56,560 nucleotides of DNA from Perkinsus chesapeaki ATCC PRA-425 (lineage: Eukaryota; Protista; Perkinsozoa), in contig JAAPAO010000186.1 of the NCBI GenBank assembly GCA_013115145.1, forward strand, positions 1 to 56,560. The letters are read 5' to 3'. This document shows, in pieces, positions 47,920-56,560 of this stretch (the stretch's first letter is position 1; every line of letters begins with the position of its first letter). Below the pieces are notes generated by a model. That model did not search any database. It worked only from the letters and a program-made list of their open reading frames with translations, and was not told the origin of the DNA. The translations under genes and the position numbers were made by a program.

Positions 47920-50900
47920 CGATGATGGTTCTGGTTCATCACCCGAGATGTGGTTCAGGTGCTGGACCGGCGTGGCATGGTTGAAAGGGAGCGAAATGAA
48001 GTCGAGTCTCCAGTAGATGACGAACGGATAACGTCAGTTTCGAAGTAAGGTCCCTGGATGAATTGAGAAAGAAATGTTATATGCTTAAAGCTTGCCGCCC
48101 CCCTAATTTCAGAACAAACTCCTTAAAATTGGCTGAGAAATAAAATTTTTCGCGATTTTGCCTGAGGAGAGTACATGGTCCTTAGAGGTGCGAAAATGAT
48201 GGGTAGTTGATTTCATGCGAGCCAGCATCATTGTTCTATCAGAGGGTTCATGTTCGATTCACAGTTTCAGCACTCCTGTTGGCTACTGACTTCTTTGTCG
48301 TCGGTTTTCTGTATTCTTCTGTATATATGTCATTTATGTATTGATGCATGTACGTGCATGATAAATGTTACCGATGTCTACTTGGATCTGATTGATCTAT
48401 AGAACTGTAATGGATACTGGTGTATAAATATACAACTCAATTCTAATACATCTCTTCATCAATGTGCATCAGATCAGCACAGACTGCTATAGAGCAGGAT
48501 CTATATCACACCTATCAGTATGTTGAAAGTATGTCATTGTGTAAAATTATATATATTAACGTCTCGATGCGCAGAAGTCCCGCTGTAAAATTATCAATGC
48601 AAAGCAATTAATCAGGCACTATTTAGTAGTGCCGAGTCATAGAGTATTTCTCTTTAGATCTCCGGAGGAGGGAGATTGGCGCCTTTACTGGAAGAGCGGC
48701 CGCTTCAAGCCATCTGAATATGCAAACGTGAAACCGTAACACTTCGCGCTGGTCTTGGTTCCGAACATGGACTTTCAGCTACCAGAAAATGAATCATTTT
48801 CCGAAGTCGGGATGCATCACTCGAAAAGATTCTCTCGGACGGGCAATGAGAAGGTTGGCGGCAACGCATGGAAGACAGGTCAGTTCGTGGGAGATTATGC
48901 GATCACAAAAATCCAGAAATTTTCCCCGGAATTTTCCCCGATTTCCGCAACGTACGCAAAATTATATAGTTAATCCCGCGTATGACCTCATGGTAACACG
49001 TATACTTGTAATTTACCAGGGCTCACGATGCTATTTACTATTCATTTAAATGCTATTTACTATTTATTTCAAAGCCTCTTTGGGAGATGCATTTGCATTA
49101 TAGTCGCAACTATGCAGCATTCTTACGACTGGATGGAGGCTCCCTGTAACCGGAGTTGTATCATATGTTTGTGGTAGGTGTATGGCTTTTCTCCGACCAC
49201 CTACATCTTGCCGAGTGAGTATGTGAAGTTCGTTGAAGCTTATTCTCAACAAGACGAAGGATTACCTAGACCGGTAATTGGGGCCAGCACTTATAATTCG
49301 ACTCACTAGAATCTAATGTGATGAGATTCTACAGGTCAGGTTGCTGTTGATGACGAGCTGTAAAATAGAGTAGATCGATCTGGGTTCATCTGTAGCGTTG
49401 CTGCTGGAAGTATTCTCCGTGGTGTGTAATAGCATAGGCTACTATCATTGTTGGGCAATCTACCAGCCTTCCTCAGCAGCCCATATATATGCATAAATCG
49501 CCTGGAAGTCAGAACTCTCATCGAGTTGTCAGATATGTGCAACACTGTTAATGTGTTCCTGAGGTCTCGGAAAGTATGGCCAATTTCGCGAGGAAATATC
49601 ACCGGCACAAACGGAGACGGGAAATGATTCCGGATTGATTTCATGTGCCCTCCAATGTGCATTTATTAAAATTTAATCCGCATTATGTATGCATTTGATG
49701 ATTAAATGCATGTGCTTTGGGTGTCTCAGAGGCACTCTCCATGACCAGAATCACACGTTCGTTTTTCTCGATTGACTTTGATGATGAGACATCTGTCTAG
49801 GTTTGGATTTGCAAGCCTGCAGATAGCTCTCGCGGCAGAAATATCTTCCTCTTGCGCAACCTGGAGGATCTCAAATACGACACCCAGTTTGTCGTCCAAA
49901 GGTGAGTTGTCAAGCTCTTGCCTCGTAAGATGCGCATTTATTGCACGTCGCGAAGTGGAGGGAACAAGTTGACAATATTGATAATACAGTGCTCCAAATT
50001 TATTCGCAATATAACCTTATAATGTCGATACTCTATAACGAGGACTAGTTCAACACTTAGTTTGAAATATAGGATTTTCTGACTTCGGTGTTAAAGTCGA
50101 GTAATCGATATCATAGTATTAGCTATACGTGTATAGATTTCAGTATGGAGTTGCTGTATGTAATATAAGAATGTACGATCCGGCAAAAATGTTTGGTAAA
50201 CATTTCCTTGAGTTACCACGTGAGAATTCAGAGATGTGTTAGATACCATGCGATAGGTCTACAAACTTTCAATCATTTTTTCTTTCTTAGACAATCTTTC
50301 AGACCGAACTGTGCTATCACAAATTATATACTAGTATTAGCAGAATAGACGTAAACACGCCATCTTATTACCATTTCTGATCCTCGGCTTGCTGTCTGGA
50401 AAATGCGTTGGAAGCGTTTCAATTGTCCACAGTTCAAGTTGAGGGTTGTGGCACTTGACCACGTCAACAGGTACATCGAGACGCCTTTATTAATTGGCGG
50501 GTATAAATGTGATTTGAGGATTTATGTCTTGGTGGTCAGCGTGCATCCTTTGAAGGTTTTTCTTTATCGCGAAGGCTTAGTAAGGTAAGATCGCCGGAAT
50601 TCCGCTCAATAATTTTCCAGTGATACGTTGCTTCACATGAACGCTCCACTGTGGCTTATCAGCTGTGCTGTCTTGCAATGGGTTCTGCAAGCATTTCGTA
50701 AGAAATATATCATCTCCCTTGGCCGTTGTGTAAATGAGTTACCTTCTCTTGGTTGGGTTCTGAGACTTCATCACCGACTCGCAAAGTGCAGAAATTTGAC
50801 AGAAGTTCGTGAAATTCTCTGTCGCGCGAGCGGTATGTAGTGCAGTGCGCCAAATTAATATGGAATACAACCTAAAAATGTCGCGATAACTAGTACGACT

Positions 50901-53601
50901 TTAACCATGAACTCCGATTATGTCATGCTTAGCTATATTACATTCGCTGTTGCAGAATTTCGCTGTGGAAAAATCCCGTTGTTGTCTTTGACGGTCCGGT
51001 TTTTGGGAAGTTTTCTCGAGATCCTGATGATTAGGTTTGGTACGAATAAGTACGATTTGAGCAGTCTGGACAATAAGTTCTCCCATCTCACTAACAGTTC
51101 CATAAACAAGCATTCACCGATGCATGATGCATATAAGCATAAAATAGGTAGGAGCTTCCGCCGCCGGGTGGGAGAAGGATTATGCAGCGCTGTGGTTTGG
51201 CTGGACTCTTCTGGTTTCATTAATTCACAATCACAAAGCACATTTAAAATGTCCATTTGGAGAGATTGTGAAACAGGATCTTCCTACCCATTGGTTTTTA
51301 TACGATTAAAAGTCTGTGTCAAGGGAATCTTCGTTGATCTGAGAGACTCTATTAAGTTTCTACTGTAGGAACTTATTGGGACCTCTTATAGAATCTTACT
51401 TTCTCTCTTACTGTAAAAACTCTGCAGATGAGAATCCTTTATAGGGGAAATAATATTGTGTGAGTGAAGGAGGCCTTCGAAGGATCATTGTGTTGGCATA
51501 TGGATCTCTCTGGAGCGGTTTGAGATAGTTGAGTCGGTTCGAGTAGGAAATATTTGTCTTGCATTCAGGTCCGGGGTGCAAATGGACGTTTGAGCAGCTT
51601 GAAGCCCACTTTGTCACAAATCGATTAGATGATCGATTCCTGTGGAGTAGGATTATAAATCTAGTGAATGCCACATTATTGAATTTGGTAAGACTAAATT
51701 GTCAGCACTGAACCGAAAGCCTCCAGCCTTGTTTAATAACTGATCGATTATCTCATCCTCAATGCCTGTCGTTGAGGCCTTAGGTAGCAGACAATTAGGG
51801 TGCCCCGAAATCTGGCTCACGTTGCCTATTCCTACATAGACAGAACTCTGTGTTGTAATATTATTCTATCTGCAGAACTGGAGTCTCCAATTTGGAGATT
51901 TATTATATTTGTTCCCAAGCTCGTATGAATGACTCTCCTTTTTCAAACATATTGTTCATCTTCCTGTGTTTTATTTCTCCTCCGATGGACCGGTGGTTGG
52001 GAATCTTGCGTAGAACTTGTCCGTTGCGCGTTACCCTCGATATCCTCGACATTAACGAGCAAGATGTATTGTTCTCATTTTGGGTATTGTACTTTGGACC
52101 TCGTCTCGACTACTTGCCAACTTGCCAGCTGAATTGCGCTAATTGTGTGCTTTCCCCAGCTGGTATGGGAAATAACGAATGACGGGCTGCAAGTTGGGAA
52201 AGAAATTTACTGCCTTTGTATACTTGTCAAATCAGGTGCAGAATGTTCCCTCCAATCCTGGCGTTTCCGGTGGGCAGAATTTCTTCGAGCTCTTTGGTTT
52301 CGATATTATTGTTGACGAGACGATGAAGCCGTGGCTGATTGAGGTAACTGTTACAAGCTTTAGAAGGATGCTCTTTGTCGGAGATTTTATAATGCTGCCG
52401 AAATATCTCGAGGCTAGTTAACTTCCCTTCGTTCGTTCAGTAATAGGGGAATAGAGATTGTCTTTTCTTTGGGAGACCGGTGATGTCACAGGTGTGGATG
52501 AGCGTTAAATCGAGCTGCGGACTATAAGGACTATAGGAGCTTGACCCGAACTGACCCGGTTGAATTATTTAGAGATTTGACATCGCTAAAGTGAACGAAA
52601 AAAGAAATATTTCTCGGGCAGAAACCGCAGGTTCCTTTCAATCTTTCGAATGGGCCACTGTGGAGGACCATGATGGACCTGTCAGGTCAACTGTTCCCCC
52701 GCTCTGCAAGTTGATTGCGCCGTTGACGAGAACGTTAAGCGGTCGCTGCTGAGCGACTTGCTGGACGTTGTGTACCACCCAAATGTAAGGCGAATAGAGA
52801 AAGTTTCGGTATGAACTTTTGCAGGTTAGTGATTTAGTGTTCCCTGCGAAAAAGCGTTTTTCGAATAAGGAGGAAGCGAAGCCTTGCGCGCGATCAATCG
52901 GTAAGGCAAAACCCTAGTTGCAAATTCTCGAGAGGCGCCATAGGGGCCGGAGGATTATTAGCTGCTGGTGTGCGGAGATTTGCTTCAGGAAAGTTTGATT
53001 TGATTTTCCCTTTTAACGAAGAGATCGAAGCGCTGTCGCTGCGAAGCTACAAGCTTGGTTCCAGTAAGCGAAAAGTTCATACCGACTTTCACTTAAGACG
53101 TCCCTCAGACCCGATGATGGCTCAATCGGATAATCTAATGCGCTCAATCGTTGCTCATCTTCGAGGGATCGAAGGAAGAATACGCCAACTGGTTGGGGAA
53201 GTGGATCGTCTAGGCCGAGAGCAAGTGAGGTCCTCGGTTCGATTCTCAGGCCTGTCATTTTTATGCTCTATTTGCCTACATACAGTACGCGCAATGGAGA
53301 GAGTGCGAAACTGTTTGTTGTGCGGGAAGCCCTCAACTATGGCGAGTTCTGTGCTTGGCGAACCTGCTTCTTACCAACTCAGGTCCGGAACTCAGTGCCG
53401 ATCATGTCAACGGTTGTGCGGTCTCTCCCCGGGCAGAATATGTTTTCCTGCGCGCCGTATTATTACTTCGCATCTTCTGGATCACCTTTGAGTATCCCGA
53501 AGAGAGCTATGAGTTTGCCTGGCCACCGACGGTCGGATAAAGCCGGCATGCTTGGCAGATTTGCACGCATGCGCACAGATAGCTGTGTCGGCGGGAAATG
53601 A
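47920..53601 (+). CDS. TTLL2: Tubulin polyglutamylase, TTLL2-like, many exons (ends approximate)
   Basis: Exons: [115 protein letters not shown]. Subfamily assignment is from recalled motifs. Confidence 0.8.
48166..48276 (+). pseudogene. Degenerate tRNA-like element in a TTLL intron
   Basis: TGGTCCTTAGAGG A-box-like and GTTCGATTC B-box motifs. Partial GGAGAGT/GCACTCC end pairing. Confidence 0.35.
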
Positions 53602-54374
53602 AAAAGGCCCACTTTGACAACTTGTCAATGACAAGATCGGCTGTATAATTTTTGTATGATTTTTTTCATTCTGTATTTTCACTATTTTTCCTTCGGATAC
53701 AGCATGTTCTGGAAAGATGTTATCTGTTGTGCACGCGTGAAGTTTTTTTGTGTTACCGGAAACTGTGGGGTTTGGCATTCTTTCGATGCCCTTAATATGC
53801 TTTGTGGTTTGGGTTTCACTGTAGCTGCGCTTTTTCGTGCTGAATCGTATTTTCGGGCGAAGAAGTAAAATTTGCGTCATTATCGCGGCGCGTCCTTGAT
53901 GGCGGTTTTGGGCTTCAGCGAGTAAGTCTGTGAGATATAATGAAGCGCAGCATTCTGAAGTACAACTTGTCGGGTCCTTTACTGTTTATCATCAGTCATG
54001 GAGTCATGATGATCGGAGCCGAGAATACTGTTGAGAACTCCTCGATAGCGCATTTTCAAGCGCTGTTGATAGTCTTCTATCTACGGTTTACTAACAGAGT
54101 TGGATTTTCTGGATAGAATTGAATAATATTTTCAGAAATAATATTATCAATCTTTCCATCTTTTTCTCCGTAGAAGTGTATTTTTCAGGAGGGTCACTGT
54201 GGACTGCAAAGTCCGCAGGAATGGTACTGATAGTCTCGTTCATCACTCACTCCAAAAATAGGAGGTATTTTTTATTCAAGTACCCTTTCCAAACCAAATG
54301 CTTCCTGCACGTATTTTCTTTTCCCGGTTTGCTGAGTTTTCTCTCTCAGTTTTCTAACTGATATCTCCCCTTCC

Positions 54375-56129
54375 ATGTCGAGACGCGGTAACAGTTGCCG
54401 TGAACCGCTGTTGAACAGGAGCGCATCGATGCCTCTCTGTAGCAGCGCAGCGGTTCGGTCGCGTGGAGATGCTCTGGTTGTCGACCGCCTATTCTCGTCG
54501 CCGTTAGAACAGTACAGACGTTTTGGCAAGCGACCTGTGGCGATGACAATTAACTTGCTCTTGGCTCTGGTGGCTTCGGCTGTCTCCATGGAGTTCATCA
54601 CTCTCGACGTTCGCCATGCCTCCCAGTCACTGCGACATTTCTACAGTACGCTCATCGCTAGTAGTGACAGTGCCAAAGACAACGGCGGTCTCCATAACAG
54701 AGAAAAACTGATCGACTCGGTGGACGACTTGGCCGTCTCGCTGGCTCTTCTGGCGCAGTCGCCGGTGAGGCTTCCAGAGAGCGCCACAAACCGATACAAG
54801 TTCATGTCATCGCCCGTACAGGGCAGCGGCGCGCTGCGCGTTCTGGTTACCATGGAAGGTTCGAGGGATCCTTTCGAGCTCCTTTTGCCGAACGCTACGA
54901 ACGCTGAATCCATTAAAAGATCTCTCATCGACAACCCGTCCTTGGACTTGTTCTATAAGCATCACTTTTCGTCACTAATGGTGCCTATGGAAGTCCATGA
55001 TGAGCAGTACCGAGATAATCGCCTCTGCTTCGAATGGTCATTGCGACCAACGTTCGAGGACAACTCCAACGGTCAGCTTGCACTGAAGCTTGCCTATACC
55101 GTGCTCAGCTGCCCTGGAATGCCTATTAGACTTTGGGCGCTCTTGGGCCTCTGGGCTCTGCTGGTCCTGGCGCTTGCTAGCGCTGTGGTGAACTTATCAG
55201 GTTTGGCTTATCGCGCGAGAGTGGTTCATTCCTTTCTTAAGGACTCCAGCTTCTGTGACAAACTAACTGTTATTAATCTATGGTTAATATTCTCCTTTAT
55301 AGGCAACATCCTTCAACTCACCGCTGTTGGCTATGTCTTCCTGGTACAGCAACCCGACGTCTATCTTCGCATCAACCTCATCGGTTTCAGCACAGCCTTC
55401 GCCCTCGTCAGTCTGGTTCAGTATTTCGCCCACTTCCGGTCTCTATATATTCTCTACTCCACGCTGGCTCACGGCATCCCGCAGATAATTAAATTCCTAG
55501 TTGGCGTTCTGCCGGTGTATGTCTCCTTCGTTGTGTGCGGTGTGTGCCTATTTGGCTTCCAAAGCCATTGGTTCATCGGGCTCGGCGACTCCAGCAACGC
55601 ACTGTTCTCGTTGCTTAACGGTGACCAGATACATGACACCTTCACTAACCTCAAGGACATCTCTGTCATCGGCAGCCGATTGTTCCTCTACTCCTTCCTC
55701 GCGCTTTTCATTTATGTGGTTTTGAATATTTTCATCACCATTGCTGAAGACGCCTTTTTCACAGTAAAGTTTCTCCAGGAAGGCGCGGGGCCGATCACGA
55801 ACATGCCCCACTACAGACATAGGGTGCCCGCCGTGAATGTGGTCCACCACGGAGCTGAAGCCAGTGGGAATGCTGCCGTACCGAAGCAAGTATCTATTTA
55901 CCGTCACAGAGCCAGCGATCCTCTGTTGAAGAAGTTGATCGCGCTGGATGGAGGCGCCACGGCGTCACAAAACAACGCGGTCGGCGATGACAGCACAACT
56001 GCGAGCGAGAGTGCGCAATGCGAGCTGCAAGCGCAAGTTGCGATTTTGATGAGACAAAGTGTTGAAATGCAAGACCAAATAAGAAAGCTCGGAGAGGCTC
56101 TGATGAACAGGAAGACCAGTCTTGTCTAG
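54375..56129 (+). CDS. Mucolipin/TRPML-like cation channel (intronless, 584 aa)
   Basis: SP..QY.R.GK.P N-terminal motif, a large luminal loop, six TM segments, pore LFSLLNGDQIHDTF, LFIYVVLNIFI..I.DAF and a C-terminal coiled coil. Confidence 0.9.
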   Translation: MSRRGNSCREPLLNRSASMPLCSSAAVRSRGDALVVDRLFSSPLEQYRRFGKRPVAMTINLLLALVASAVSMEFITLDVRHASQSLRHFYSTLIASSDSAKDNGGLHNREKLIDSVDDLAVSLALLAQSPVRLPESATNRYKFMSSPVQGSGALRVLVTMEGSRDPFELLLPNATNAESIKRSLIDNPSLDLFYKHHFSSLMVPMEVHDEQYRDNRLCFEWSLRPTFEDNSNGQLALKLAYTVLSCPGMPIRLWALLGLWALLVLALASAVVNLSGLAYRARVVHSFLKDSSFCDKLTVINLWLIFSFIGNILQLTAVGYVFLVQQPDVYLRINLIGFSTAFALVSLVQYFAHFRSLYILYSTLAHGIPQIIKFLVGVLPVYVSFVVCGVCLFGFQSHWFIGLGDSSNALFSLLNGDQIHDTFTNLKDISVIGSRLFLYSFLALFIYVVLNIFITIAEDAFFTVKFLQEGAGPITNMPHYRHRVPAVNVVHHGAEASGNAAVPKQVSIYRHRASDPLLKKLIALDGGATASQNNAVGDDSTTASESAQCELQAQVAILMRQSVEMQDQIRKLGEALMNRKTSLV

Positions 56130-56560
56130 GAGAGCGTTGAGGAAATGTAAGTTTAAGTAAGGAGAGCAAGATTTGGTTATCTGATCCTTATCAGTATTGT
56201 ACTACTATCTTGCTCATTTAATCATAGCCCTCGTATCGGAGGCTTCTGGCTTGAAGCGCATGCGTGCTGTGTAACATTTGCCTGTCACAGACGGCTTCGT
56301 GATGGTTGATTGTCTTAGTACATCGATTAGTTGTTAAATGTTATCATCCATTATAATGGGCGTCGTATTGTGTTTGTAATAGCAAAGTGGGGGAGGAGTT
56401 ATAGATGCAATATTGAGCGCACAAGGGATGTAGATGGTGCTCTTTGTTGGTTAGGAAAATATGTGTCCAACTCTCTGTCACATCTCTTCCGTATCACTAG
56501 TAACATATTTCCTATCAAACTCCTTTCTATTATATCTCCCCCTCCTCCGTATCACTAGTA

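Noticed and set aside
56489-56560. 15-bp direct repeat TCCGTATCACTAGTA at the window end
   Set aside because: The second copy is cut by the window edge, so the structure cannot be judged.

Overview
Eukaryotic, intron-rich DNA with short (about 40-130 nt) GT-AG introns. It is most likely from a Perkinsus-like alveolate, inferred from an ApiAP2-type gene, the intron style and orphan secreted gene families; this is not verified. The left and middle parts (about 1-35 kb) are accessory and TE-rich. They hold a RING-H2 gene, four dispersed paralogs of a small secreted protein (one truncated), an HSDL2-like SDR whose intron carries two nested Tc1-family transposons, an AP2-domain gene, uncharacterised multi-exon genes, a LINE fragment and a spliced MULE (SWIM) transposase remnant. 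The right part is housekeeping: LTV1, prefoldin 2, an RS/Pro-rich putative CID protein, a TTLL2-like polyglutamylase and a mucolipin, plus four degenerate tRNA-like elements and three minisatellites. The most unusual signal is a window-wide excess of perfect palindromes centred on a single base, often interlocked in chains. I counted 18 with arms of 8 bp or more by hand, up to 29 bp, versus about 1 expected by chance. This suggests a recurrent fold-back or hairpin-opening mutational process, or a library artefact that raw reads could exclude. Exon structures were derived by eye, and coordinates marked approximate are approximate.
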